A stretch of 64,000 nt of DNA from Heteronotia binoei (Eukaryota): contig NC_083228.1 in NCBI RefSeq assembly GCF_032191835.1, positions 109,926,001 to 109,990,000 of the forward strand, read 5' to 3'. Below, in pieces: positions 46,613 to 59,247 of the stretch (positions are counted from its first letter, which is position 1; every line of letters starts with the position of its first letter). Position numbers and translations under genes: made by a program. The notes under the pieces are model-generated. The model did not search any database. It was not told where the DNA came from and worked only from the letters and a program-made list of their open reading frames with translations.

Positions 46613-48599
46613 GTATGTTTAGTCTGTAGTGTGTTTAGTCTGTAGCCTTAATGTTTAATTAACTGTTAGAGAAGATTTATAATCCCACTTTTCAAATTAT
46701 TTCAAGATGGCTTATCTGGCCCTCTCCCCTATATTATTTTCACAATAACCTTGTGTGGTAGATGAAGTTACACCCTGAGCTTTTATGGCAATTTAACATA
46801 GACAAATCATTGGGTGCTATTGTTGAGCAGTGAATATGAATGAAAGAACCCAGTCTTTGAAAGCACGCTTATGTCTGCCTGCCCACCCACTTCACTCCCC
46901 TTCTTGTTCTGCTCTGCAGAAAGCAGCAGCAGGGGGAACTGAGAATGGGGATTGGCAATGGCTCTCTCTCTTCCCTCTTCCCACCTACAGCATCTATCTG
47001 GCCCACATGGCAGTTCCCCTTCCTCCATCTCCCTTGGAGGAACTCCTCTTTCATCTGTTCTGGGGGATTCTTCTGGCACTGCCACCTCAATGGTGGAGGA
47101 AAGGAGAGGAGGCAAGCTGGCTCCATCCCATCTGCAGAGAAGAGGCAGTGGTGGTGGAGTGGGCCTCAGCAGTGGTCGCTCCCACTCTTCCTCCCTGCCA
47201 GCTGACGAAAGGCAACCGTGCTGGTGTTAGTGGCAGCCTCTTAAGCAGCAGCATTTGTCTGGATCCTCCGTCATTCAGTTTACATTGTCTGTGCAGACAG
47301 CATGTCTGAGGGAGAGGATCACTTTTTGTGAAAACCTGGAGAGGTTCCCTCGTTCTGCAAAAGAATACCCCCTCTCTGAATCTGGCCCCCTTCACTGTCT
47401 ATAAATCTGAATAGAGCCCAGGTTCAGCATAGGATGGAAGATGTAGATTTCATCTTCTGTTCATTTTTGGTTGTTAAATGGAACAAATTCTTGTCCAACT
47501 TTTCTGCTGGAGGTCATGGATCCAACCCAGGAGGTGCTCTCTGACCACCCGAAAAAACTATGCTGGAGGTCATGGGATCCCCATTTACAAAGGCCACATG
47601 GGACAGGGACTGTAGTCATAAGGGGAATTGAGTGAGACTGAAAGAAAAAGCTTACTGGATCCATCCCAGTTAATTTTCAGTTCAAAGTAATTTATCAATG
47701 TTCTTTTTGAGAAGTTCGTCCAAGACAATGATGCTGAAAGCAATGTGGTGCCTAGGGATTCTAGCACAATCACAGTTTGTGAAAAGTGAATAATATGGTA
47801 AATATTTGCTATTGTTCTTGGTATTTTAAAGTTTCCTTTTTAGAAAGTTGTTTATTACTTACACACCAGTTGTTATTTTAATGGAAAGAGTTCTACAAGA
47901 GACAAGATGGCAGTTAAAATAGATTTTGAGTAGATTCTGGAAACATTTTTTTTTTTAAAAAAACTATGTGTACTATTCTGCCAAATTTAAAAGCTTCTAT
48001 GAATTCCATAAGCATTTTAAACACATACTTAACTCTCACATGGAACATAGTTGGCGGAATTGTGCACTATATTATTCAATTCATTTATAATTCATTGTTG
48101 TTTTTTTCATATTAGGACTTTTGACTGATTACATCCTGAGATTACAGCATCAGCAATACAACTACCAGACTTTCAGGATGATATACTCCTGTATAATATC
48201 ACAGTTCATCAGGTCAAGTGCAATTATAATTTTTCAGGATAGCAGTTTAAAAAAAAAAAGTGAATTCAGCTATACTAATATTTAAATCATATGGGCCAAA
48301 ATTCCTTTATAGATGTGTCACTAAGGATAATTTATTCAGCAGTACTGAAGGGAAGATGAAATTACATAACACTCTAAATACTTCTATTCTGTTTTATATA
48401 ACTAAGAAGACTTAGCAGTACATTTGGCTTGAAAATCCTAGATAATTTGTAATCAATGTATCCAGTTTTCAACATGGCCCCATATGTGGCTATTTAAAGC
48501 TGGTGACTGGAGCAATGAACAGACAAAACACATTGTTCTAAAAACACACACACACTGGGGATTTAAAACCCCCAACATGATAGTACAATACAAAATAAA

Positions 48600-48910
48600 T
48601 AAATCATATTTTCCACAAAGAAAGTGATTAACGTGGAATTTGCTGCCAGGGGGATGTAGTGATGGCTTTAAAGGGGGATTAGAGAGATTCATGGAGGATA
48701 AGTCTATCAATGGCTACTAGCCATGGTGACTGAGGGGAACTTCCACTTTCAGAGGACTAAGCCTCTGAATGCCAGAGACAGTAGGCAATGTCAGGGGAAG
48801 GCCTCAGCCTCTCTGCCCTGCTGTTGGCCATCCATAGGAACTGGTTGGCCACTGTGTGAGATAGGATACTGGACTATATAGATCCAGCAAGGGTCTTCTT
48901 ATGTTCTTAT
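48600..48910 (+). mobile_element. CR1 3' fragment
   Basis: TGATTAACGTGGAATTTGCTGCCAG...GGCTTTAAAGGGGGATTAGAGAGATTCATGGAGGATAAGTCTATCAATGGCTACTAGCC...CTTCTTATGTTCTTATG. Confidence 0.8.
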
Positions 48911-49231
48911 GCTATGGGGCCTGCCAGGAGGATGGGAAAATAGTGTGGTGAAGGGGATTCAAGGGAAAGTAGATGGCCCCTGGAAGTTCTTGCAGGTCTC
49001 CACTGGCCCATTTAATTGGGTCACACTTGCTCCAGGAAGTAGCTGCTGGGGAGGGGTAGGGAAAGCTGAAGACATGGAGGCAGACAAAGGTAGGTTATCT
49101 GGTAGTAGGAAGCAGGAAAACAGCTGAGTCTATGGGGCTTTAAGGGAAGGGAAACAAGAAATAGTGGGGGAGGAAAAATGAGATGCTCCCCTACAGCTTC
49201 TTGGAGTTCCTCCATTTGTTTATATTCTAAT

Positions 49232-49732
49232 TAGGGCTGCCAATCCACAGGTGGGGGCAGGGGATCCACTTTGGAGGCCCTCCCCCCATTTCAGGGACAT
49301 CAGGAAGCAGGGGGGGGGGGGAATGTCTGCTGGGCACTCCATGATTTCCTATGGAGACCGATTCCCATAGGGTATAATGGAAAATTGATCCATGGGTATC
49401 AGGGGCTCTGGGAGGCTGTTTTTTGAGGTAGAGGCACCAAATTTTCAGCATAGCATCCAATGTCTCTTCTCAAAATAACCTCTGATTTTCAAAAGGATTG
49501 GACCAGAGGGTCCAATTCTATGAGCCCTAAAAGAAGGTGTCCCTATCCTTCATTATTTCCAATCGAGGGAAGGTATTTAAAAGGTGTGTGTTCCCTTTAA
49601 ATGTGATGGCCAGAACTCCCTTTGGAGTTTAATTATGCTTGTCACAACCTTGCTCTTGGCTCCATCCTCAATGTCTCCTGGATCCACCCCCAAAGTCCCC
49701 AGATATTTCTTGAATTGGACTTGACAACCCTA
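49232..49732 (+). mobile_element. hAT MITE (TAGGGTTGCCAATCC core family, 501 bp)
   Basis: TAGGGCTGCC...TTGACAACCCTA; TSD ATTCTAAT/ATTCCAAT (49224-49231, 49733-49740). Confidence 0.88.
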
Positions 49733-50059
49733 ATTCCAATTCTGTTTATCCTATAGCCTCCCCCTTAAAATAATCCTGTGAGGTAGGTTATTAATATTTT
49801 TATTTTTCAGAAGGAATCTCAGATTAAGGAGGATTTACTTGCTTCAGTACAACTTGAGAGCTTCACAGTTGGGTCTGGATTAGCACATCAGTAATCACAG
49901 CCCTGCCACACCACACTGTGGTGCTAGTGGCCTCTGAATGTGCCCTCAAGGCACAGCTGATTTCCAGTGACCCCGTAGGGTTTTCAAGGTAAGAGACATT
50001 TAGAGGTGGTCTGCCATTGCCTGCCTCTGAGCCACAAGTGCTCCCCTGTACTACATTGT

Positions 50060-50285
50060 TGCTTTATTCAATTAGACCCTGCCTTTCTCTGCAATAGAAA
50101 CCCAAAGAGCCTTACATAGTTCTCTCCTCCATTTTATCATCACAATGACCCTGTGAGGTAGGTTAGGCTGAGAAAGCTTGGCTGGCCCAATGTCACCCAG
50201 TGGACTTCCATGGCACAAATGGGGATTTGTACCTGGATATCCCAGATACTAGTCTGACACACTTAACCACTACACCACACTATAT
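50060..50285 (-). mobile_element. Squam3/MIR-like SINE
   Basis: AATGACCCTGTGAGGTAGGTTAGGCTGAGA...CTAGTCTGACACACTTAACCACTACACCACACT. Confidence 0.7.
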
Positions 50286-50339
50286 CTAATTTCATTGGCC
50301 ATAATGCTGTGAGATGGGTTATTTCATTCCTTACTCATA

Positions 50340-50545
50340 CATGGAGCTGCCATTCTGAGTCAGTTTATCAGTCTACCAAGGTCAGTATTGTCCACTCTGA
50401 CTGGCAGCAGTTCTCTAGAATCTCAGGCAAGGGTTTTCACATTGTCTGCTACCTGACCCCTTCAAGTGGAGATGCTGGGGATTGAACCTGAGACTTGCTA
50501 CATACAAAACAGATGGTGTAACACCTGAGGCATGACCTTTTCCCC
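50340..50545 (-). mobile_element. tRNA(Ala)-like SINE
   Basis: GAGATGCTGGGGATTGAACCTGAGAC (B box, reverse complement) plus the GTCAGTATTGTC tail. Confidence 0.7.
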
Positions 50546-51080
50546 TCTTGAGGGAACAAAGCCTGAGAGATTACATTTTTCCTCAAAGAAATTTTGTGAA
50601 TCTTAGTGATAAACAGTTTTGGAAAACTTGCAATCTTGCCCATTGAGTCTTGTCATTTCAGTTGGCCCTAAGATGAGATTTTGTATAGGTTTTTGTTTTT
50701 AGGTCTATGATGCAATACAACAAGAAGTACCAATATTCTGTCCACTGTATTCCACCAACTTCTTTAAAATCTCTCTTCTGTTTGTGCTGTATCTTCCCAC
50801 ATGAAGCAACAGCCACTGTTTCAGATGGAAGTGCATTGTTCATGTCAAATTATGATTTATTAATGGACTGCAACCGTAAAATCTAAAGCAGCATAAAGCT
50901 GCAAACCATTTAACTTTATACCTAATGCATAACCTAGCCTAATCTGAAGTTAAATTTAAGTGCTCAGATTCATACTGATTTGGCAGAAATCCAGCAACAT
51001 AGCCTTGCATGTAAAAGCGAAGCTCTCCTTTTTTGAGAAATCAGGGGAACACATCCATGACTTTGCCAGATGAAACAAAG

Positions 51081-51341
51081 ACCAATTTTCACTAGGCTTG
51101 TTCCGGGTGGAGAGCCCTTTTGCTACTGGCGCTTCTTTCCGTTTTCGCACAAGCTGCCTCGGAGCTGCGAGTTGACCCACCGCTTTTCCGCAGCAAGCGA
51201 GATCCTCTTACAAGCAGTTTCTGCTTGCCACACAAAAGCGGCCCATCAGCTCACAGCTCTGGGGCAGCTTGTGCAAAAACCAAGAGAAATGCTGGGGGCA
51301 AAAGGCTGTCCACCCAGAACAAACCCTAGTGCGAAATTGGT
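51081..51341. mobile_element. Foldback MITE (261-bp imperfect palindrome), superfamily unresolved
   Basis: ACCAATTTTCACTAGGCTTGTTCCGGGTGGAGAGCCCTTT pairs with AAAGGCTGTCCACCCAGAACAAACCCTAGTGCGAAATTGGT; inner arms GCACAAGCTGCC/GGCAGCTTGTGC; no clear TSD. Confidence 0.7.
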
Positions 51342-51636
51342 GAAAAAGTCTTTACCCACTGGTGGAAGACAGTGACAGAAGAGGACAGACAAATACCCAT
51401 AGTTTTGGTGTCACAGTCAAGAAGGTCCTCTCTTTGGTTGCTACTGGCCTAATCTCAGAAAGTGGGAACATTTTAAGCAGGGTTTCAGATGATGACCTTA
51501 GTGGTTTGGTAGGTTCACATGGAGGTAGGCAGTGTATCTTGGGTCTATGAAAGAGAAAGTTCAAGAAGGCTGTCTAAAGTCCCAGTTATAATGATTTTGC
51601 AAAATAAGTAAACATAGCACTTCTGAATTTTTTTTT

Positions 51637-51782
51637 AGTCCAGTGGCACTTTTAAGACCAAAGAAGTTTTATTCAAGGTATAAGCTTACATGGTACCTTG
51701 AGCATCTTGTTGGTCTTAAAAGGTGCCACTGAACTCAAACTTTGTTCTGCTGCTTGAGGCCAACACAGGTACCCACCTGAAT
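51637..51782. mobile_element. Internally deleted inverted Penelope end pair
   Basis: AGTCCAGTGGCACTTTTAAGACCAA...TTGGTCTTAAAAGGTGCCACTGAACT followed by TTTGTTCTGCTGCTTGAGGCCAACAC. Confidence 0.7.
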
Positions 51783-52599
51783 AACACTTCAGGACGCTGT
51801 TGTGAAATGCTCACACCTGCAGACTGTAAATTAAGAACTTCATCTCTGCCAATAGAGCTATCATCTTTTTCTCAACCAAGTTATAAGTGAGATCTGAATT
51901 TGATATCTAGGGGGCGGAACTGAAAATAGAAGAGAAATAAACTAAAAATCCAGGTCTCTCTGGTGATTCTTATATGAACTGATATGAAAGCTGCCTTGAT
52001 AATGAAGTGACTCCTCCTCAGCATAAGGGATTATATTATTAGGGACACATTTCCTCAAAATCAGCTTGGCTTCAAAGATAAAAATTGATATTGCCTTAGA
52101 GAATAGCGCCTGCCCATTATTCTGAACAGGTGAAGAAATATTTATGAAGTGCCTCAGAGAGAACAAAAGGAAGGAGGCAGAATATAAAGTTGCTATTATT
52201 AACACAGAGACCCTGAACACCTGGCAATTAAATTTATTTGCTGGTATCTTCCAGAGCAATTACATTTTTAAATCTTCTGCAAACAACAGATTTTGCACAA
52301 CACATTAGGCTGGGCCGAAATGGGGGAGACAAGCATTGTGAAACAACATTGACTCTCCTGCATCATCATTTCCTTTCCATAAGACATAGCACTTCTGAAA
52401 AGCTATTTGAAGATTGCACAAGAATAGGCACAGACTGGTGGACAAGACAAAATCCATGCCAAATTTGGGTGTGACTGGGGACAGGAAAGTGATGTTCTTT
52501 CAAACATGTGCTCCATATACAGTCCCCAATCTTTGGGGGCAGTCTTAGCTTTAGCAGTAAGACCCCTTCTCTCACAGTGGGTCACTTTATAGCTAGAAT

Positions 52600-53340
52600 A
52601 ACCATAATCAGCCTTCTTAAAATATCACTCCAGAATTCATAAATGCAGGACACTGCCTGGCCCAAAATGAAACAAAATGGATGTCAGTCAGGAACAAGCT
52701 TGGGCAAGTAGTTTAGAAGTATAAGAACAATTAACTGTCTACCTCCCCCTCCATGTCCTGGAGAGATGCATGATTTGGGACAATGGGTTTCTTAGGATCT
52801 ACTGACTCACCCTTGGACTAATCCCATCAACACCTAACCTTACTTCCCCTGCACTCACTTACCTTAATTAAACAGCAGTGAATAAACACTTAATTCTATT
52901 CCTCTAACCCATTAACATTTTCTTCCTGTTACTTGCATGGTCATTAAACTTCTCTCACACTATTGTCCATTTCAAAAAAGCACATTAAATTATTGTTTTG
53001 GGGCATCAGGCCACCCATTTAAGGGTACGTTTTGCCCTATATCTGCAGCACCAGCAGTGTGTGTGTTACTGATAGCAACTGCATACATCCCCACTCTGTG
53101 TTCTTCTCTTCACAAAACCTGGCCATTTTGGTGCTTCCATGGACCTTCTTCAGGATTGGTAATTATTGCCCTTCCCCAAAATCACTTTTCCCTTTCCACC
53201 ATTACTTTTCTCAGTTAACTTGTGTATATTTATTGTGTGCATTTTTGTTTTATTCTTCTTAATAAAAGGCCGTTTTCCTGGTTTATTTGCCTGGTTTATT
53301 TTGAGAGTTCTATTAAAGGGAAAAATCCTCATATACATAG
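52600..53340 (+). mobile_element. Possible solo LTR
   Basis: AATAAA at 53261 followed by T-rich GTTTTCCTGGTTTATTTGCCTGGTTTATTTTGAG; ends near ATATACA; boundaries uncertain. Confidence 0.3.
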
Positions 53341-53574
53341 GTGGAGAATCCCAGTTGCCCCCTATCAATTTATCTCCTTAAAGATAATTCCTCCTAATTA
53401 GATCACCTATTTCTGTAACATGGAGGTCCCCAGTAGTTGGAGAAACTGAAACATCTCCCTGAAAACCTGGTGTCGATGGAGCAAACTCTGAGGCAATGGT
53501 GGGGGTGGAATTCTCTCCAGCTTTGGAAACACCAAAATAGACCCACCAAAGCTTGACAGACATTGCTGGCTGTC

Positions 53575-53847
53575 AATTACACAGAGTGTTAAAGCTGCAG
53601 TACTGCAGTCCTAAACTCTGCTCACGACCTGGGTTTTCAGGTAGCCGGCTCGAGGTTAACTCAGCCTTCCATCCTTCTGAGGTCGGTAAAATGAGTAGCC
53701 AGCTTGCTGGGGGGAAAGTGTAGACAACTGGAGAAGGCAATGGCAAACCACCCCATAAAAAGTCTGCCATGAAAACATTGTGAAAGCAACGTCACCCCAG
53801 AGTCAGAAACAACTGGTGCTTGTACAGGGGACCTTTCCTTTCCTATT
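53575..53847 (+). mobile_element. Sauria/Squam2-like SINE
   Basis: CACAGAGTGTTAAAGCTGCAGTACTGCAGTCC...GGAGAAGGCAATGGCAAACCACCCC...GGGGACCTTTCCTTT. Confidence 0.8.
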
Positions 53848-55659
53848 CATCTTTATGGGAGCTGAAAGCTATATGAAGCCCAAGCTGAAGTCTAGCCCTC
53901 CTTTTTTGGGTTTTGTAGTGAGTTGGAGAGGATTGGAAATATTATTTACAGAGAGACAGGAGGAAGCTGATCATCTTTGCTGGGCAAATATGGTTAAGCA
54001 ACATTAATTTCTTCTCCAAAATTGCTTTCCTAAGGCAACTTCTATGGGGGAATGTAACTTGAACCCCATAAATCCAATCCATCAAATTTGGTAGGCAGGT
54101 AGAGGAGAGTCAGCTGGAGCTTCCTTGCAATTTTAGAGACCATAACAACTCAGGATATTGTTCTGCCACATCCCAGGGAGGTCTGCTGTGAGTTTGATGC
54201 TCTTAGTTCATACAGTGCCCACACAATACTGCACTGCTGCATGAAAATTATTCTAATGAAATAACATCCTTACCCTATTGAGAGGCAATGACCATCATAA
54301 TCCAAATGCAAGCAGGAAAACTAGGTGATGCGTCAGAGGTGGACAAGGAGGAACAGTAATTAGAAAATACAGAAATGGACCCTAAAAGAATAGTCTCAGG
54401 AAGGAACAGGAAATAGTTGCAAATCCTGTGTTCACTCAAAGTCAAGTCTGTATTTATTTTAGTTGTTCTGTTCTGCTGCTCATTTTAATGATTTTATCTT
54501 GTTCAATTGTGAGCTACCTTGAGCAGGTCTCTGAATAAGTGATGTGGAAATGTTTTAAACAAATACAGTATTCCTGTTCCTGACAACAATAAAGATATAC
54601 TTGCAAAAGAGGTAGCATAATTCAAACTACTCCCATTAAAGTCAAGGTGACGTGAATGACTCCTCCCCTGATTTTCTCCCTGTCAACCACAACAGAAGGG
54701 CTATGTCAGATAATTATGGCATTTTTCCTGGAGTACATAAGCTCCAGCCAAGGAATACAGGACACATGTTTTCATGCAGGAGTGCAGTATTGTGCTGCAC
54801 TGCCTCAAGGAGTGATCCCATCCCATCCAGTGGCCATAACTTGGTCATAGGATCACTGTCATACTTGCAGCCAAATAAATGTACATAGGATGAATTCAAT
54901 TCTCCTTTTTAAAAAAACCCTACTTAAATATGGTTAAGCAACATGCAGTACTGGAAACAGTCCTTATTTCCATTCAAATAATAGTCCTAGTAAGAATGGC
55001 TTTTTAATTCAAATGTTTTGCACAAATGTATTATTGGTGCCAGTGGTGACTGAAATTGTGCCCTGATTCTGTTAAATAGTTATAAACAAATTAAAGTCCT
55101 TATTTTTAAATTGATCTGTATTGTTCAACTAATGGAATATAATATTATGCCCTTAATTTCATTTTCTGAAGAAAACTTTACAGACTAGTGCTGCCTGTTC
55201 ACTGCTTGCTGTTCAGCTTTTGGCTGTAAAAAGAATGCATGTCTAACTCTTAACAGGGTAAAAAAATAACATAAATAGCAATGCCAAAAGAAAGTGTCGG
55301 AAATAGTGTTATTTCTCAAGGTCAATTCATACCTTACACCAGATTTTTTAAAAAGGAAGCAAGAATAATGTTAACTTTTTGTTCTTCCACTCATACCATA
55401 ATGTGAGAAGTGAGACCCATAGATTTCCCCCTTGGTGAGGTTCATGAGCTCCAGAAAACAATTAGGAGCCACAGATTTAGCCATCAGGACCCAAAGTCTA
55501 CTTCCTAAATTATCATAGGAACCAGAGAAAAGAAGCATGAATCCTGCCGCTGTTTTGTGTGTATCTAAAAGATGTTCTCTCCCAACATGCCTTACTGTAA
55601 CAACTGAGCTCATCTGAGCAAGGTCTGTTGAAGGTGCTACCCTATAAATGGATAAGATC

Positions 55660-56298
55660 AGCAGCTCCCCACACTGGAGCATTTTCTGTTGTAGCTCTGC
55701 GGAATGCCCTACCTGAGAAGGTCAGGAAGGCTCCCACAGTTCTATAGAATATGGGAAATGGAATTGTTCAAGAGGGCGGTTTTAATAAAGAGAATAGGGC
55801 TGTGGTCGGGGCTTTTTTGGAGCAGGAATGCACAGGAATGCAGTTCTGGCTGGTTTGGCCCCAGGGGTGTGTGGCCTAATATGCAAATGAGTTCTTGCTG
55901 GGCTTTTCCTACAAAAAAGCCCTGTGTGAAACAATGGTGACATCAGGGGGTGTGGCCTATTATGCAAGTGAGTTCCTGCTGGGCTTTTTCTATCACCACC
56001 ACCCTTGCTGTAGTAAACTAAAGTTGTTCAGGAGGATATTTTGGCAATGGGACAAAGCACTGTTTATTTTATGCATTTCTTGTTTTTACTGCATTGTTTT
56101 CTCACATCTGTAATCCTGTTTTTGCATTTCTGTCATATCTTAGGCTGTGTTATTGCATTACTTTCTAACTTGGTAATTCTCTCTTAGTTCATGTTTATTG
56201 TATGCCTCATGGTGTTCCTATTGCATTGGTAAAGTCTGTAATCCGCCTTGAATCTCATCTAGAACGGCAAGCTCTAAATAGTCAATAAATAAAATAAA
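55660..56298 (+). mobile_element. L2 3' fragment interrupted by an hAT MITE
   Basis: GAGCATTTTCTGTTGTAGCTC..GGAATGCCCTACCTGAGAAGGTCAGG...TGTAATCCGCCTTGAATCTC...AATAAATAAAATAAA. Confidence 0.6.
55806..55990 (+). mobile_element. hAT MITE (CAGGGCT family, duplicated form), right end truncated
   Basis: CGGGGCTTTTTTGGAGCAGGAATGCAC...; two GGTGTGGCCTA-TATGCAA units as in 1359-1557. Confidence 0.75.
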
Positions 56299-56456
56299 GT
56301 CTGCAAGCTGCAGACTGCAGTTACCTCTGCATTACCACATCCCAAGAATCTGTTAACTCACTTCAGCATCAAAAGACGCAGCTCTGAAGGAAAATATGAA
56401 ACCGAAGCAAGTGCAAAGCAAGGCTCACTGCATAGAAAAAGTTCCAGGTAGCCATG

Positions 56457-56610
56457 CATAGAATCATAGAGTTGGAAGGGACCTCCAGGGTCATTTAGTC
56501 CAACCCCCTGCACCATGCAGGAAACTCACAAATACCTCCCCCTAAATTCACAGGATCCTCATTGCTGTCCGATGGCCATCTAACTGTTTAAAAACTGCCA
56601 AGGAAGGAGG
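56457..56610 (-). mobile_element. CR1 3' end fragment
   Basis: CATAGAATCATAGAGTTGGAAGGGACCTCCAGGGTCATTTAGTCCAACCCCCTG. Confidence 0.8.
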
Positions 56611-56789
56611 TCCAAAGGATCTTAAAAAAAAAAAATCAGGTTATAAAAACCAACCAAAATGACACAAGGTAAAATGCAAAGGTTTTTTTAAAAAGTTCTC
56701 CAGAATTCTTTATCAGTTGGATTTAAAAACAAAGGAAAGGGAGGGGATCCATCCATCATCTTGGGGGCTTTTCTCTGCACCCTCAACAG

Positions 56790-57119
56790 CAGGGTTCCCC
56801 AACAGGGTGCCTCAGGAGCCACAGTGCCCATAAACATTTTATTTGGCACCCACCAAGGGTTTCAGAAAGGGGTTGGGGCCAATTAGGGCTTTTGCCCACC
56901 AGAGCTTCTGATAGGCCACTGGAGATCTGACTGGCTGTGCAGACAAAATAATGCTGCTTTGGGAGCAACTGCCACTTTTAGCTGTTTTATTCTCTCTTCT
57001 CTTTCTCAGCCTTGCACTTCTTCTGGTTGTGTGTTAATAGCCTCAGCAGCTATTTGATGGTTGCATCCAACACCTTTTCCCAGAATTCCAAAATTGCTCA
57101 ATAAGATTAGCAGCCCCTG
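56790..57119 (+). mobile_element. hAT MITE
   Basis: CAGGGTTCCCC...GCAGCCCCTG; TSD CTCAACAG/CTCTACAG (56782-56789, 57120-57127). Confidence 0.75.
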
Positions 57120-57637
57120 CTCTACAGAGTGCCCTGAAGTCTCAACAGGTCCTTGGACTTTCTGGGAAGAAGACATTCAAACAGTGGCTCCACACTGTAG
57201 TAAATAGGGATTTTTAATATATATATTATAAAGGGATAATAAGGGCCTTGCCTATTGTTCACCTTGTGGTAAGAAACCAATACTTCAGAAACTATGGCAG
57301 TGGGACTTCCGGTTTTGGCGACCTAGCCTAGAGAGCAACTCGGACCAGCTGGTCCAGAGCCGCTCTCTAATTGGGCAGCAGAGGGGTCCTCCACATGGGG
57401 AGACTCAAGTCTGGGATCCAGGAAGGGCAGCTTGAGTCGAGGATTGGAATTGCCAGTGGCGGCTGCCTCCCGAGCCCGACTCACTGTGAGCCTCGCTGCT
57501 CTGATCGGCATTTTTAAATGGCATCAGGGCTGACTGTTGGACTTTTTTCTTTCTCTTTCGTCAAGTGTTTCTGCATGATAACATCAGACTTCACTACTTC
57601 TGTGATGATTGTAAGTTTTTTCTTCACTCTAATATTA

Positions 57638-57915
57638 AGAGCCAGTCTGGTGTAGTGGTGAAGTGTGTGGACTCTTATCTGGGAGAACTGGGTTTGATTC
57701 CCCACTCCTTCACTTGCACCTGCTGGAATGGCCTTGGGTTAGCCATAGCTCTGCAAGAGGTTGTCCTTGAAAGGGCAGCTGCTGTGAGAGCCCTCTCAGC
57801 CCCACCCACCTCACAGGGTGTCTGTTGTGGAGGAGGAAGGTAAAGGAGATTGTGAGCCACTCTGAGACTCTTCGGAGTGGAGGGCGGGATATAAATCCAA
57901 TATCTTCTTCTTCTT
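57638..57915 (+). mobile_element. Full-length Squam3 SINE inside the L1 5' UTR
   Basis: AGAGCCAGTCTGGTGTAGTGG (A box)...GGGTTTGATTCCCC (B box)...ATCTTCTTCTTCTT tail. Confidence 0.88.
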
Positions 57916-59247
57916 AATTCTTGAAGTAAGATTTATGAAACCCAGGGGCCTGAGAGCGGAAACTGAAATGGAACACGGACTGGGGCAAAGGTGAAGAGAA
58001 AGGGTGGGGGGAGGAATACCCAACTCTCTGTCTTTCTTTCCCGAGGCTTCCCAAAGTTGCTGCCTAACTTGGTGATTTTCCTCATGTTATCCTGAAAAAT
58101 ATGACTGATTTACACCAGCTTCTTAAGACCAAAAAGATTTGATGTCTGAATTGAACTGACTTGTCCTGAATTCTTTTGGGGAGGAAGATCTTGCTGTTGG
58201 AAAGTTATTTGCAAATATATGTGGATGAGAAGAACAGTTAAGAATTCTAAGACTGTTATGCTAATGAATGTTCTAAAGAACTGACTCTTAATGGACAGAA
58301 TACAGTGTTATATAAAACTTTGTGACTCTTAAAGACATAAGAAAAGGAAAAAGCTTCATAGCTGTGTTGAAGGGAAATACCTTGAAGTATTTTGAATAAG
58401 CCTCTGTGGGTCCTGAATATACATTCAGGGATTTGTGCAGTGGATTATAAAATGCAGCTATATTGCTGACTGTTGGAAGAATAGCTGTGAAGTTTATCAT
58501 GTGGATTATAAATTTTTGATGGTGGGAGCCACTTCGGTGGGAAGGGCGGGATATAAGTCAAAATATAATTAATATAATTATATAAATAAATAAAATAAAA
58601 TATGGTTACCATTATTTTCTTTGACTCCAGTTCATTAATGGATTATAATAAGCGGGCTGACTGAACATGTTTTTTGTATTTTTTTTCTCTCTCTCTCTTC
58701 AATTTTGGTTTATTTTTCTTTTTGTGCGTTTAGTACCTGTGGCATTACCTGGAGGATTCACTCTCAAACATATGGTTGGAATATTTTCTCTTTATGCTTT
58801 CCTCTCATTTATTTTTTTTTTTCATTTTTTTCCCTCTTCCTGTGGATTTTTTTTTCTTGGGTTTGCACAGATTGTTTTATTTTTCATTTGTTCTGGTTAT
58901 TTTTCATTTTTGTTCCTGCCTGTGGATTTTATAAATTGGGCACCCAGCCCTAGATTACATCTTGAAATAGTTGGATGAATTTGTTAAGACTTGGATTCCA
59001 TTGAACTACTTATTTTGAGAAAAGTGCTATAGAGAACTGTGTTTATGAGTTGAACTGTTTAGGCTAGGTGATACTAAGGACTGCTGTTGGAAAAAGGTTT
59101 TTGTTTAGCATAAGGTTTATTGCTGTTTGGGGCATGTTAAATTGTTGATAGAAGTAAGAAGGCTTTACTTCCAAACAATTATCTATGCATAATATTGAAA
59201 CTATTTGTTAGATACTATCTGGTTTAGGGAAGTTCACACCTGCAGCT

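Noticed and set aside
48116-48212. 97-nt exon candidate (TTTTTTTCATATTAG...CAG|GTCAAG)
   Set aside because: Weak donor, unrecognisable peptide, and it cannot be chained with other candidates into a known protein.
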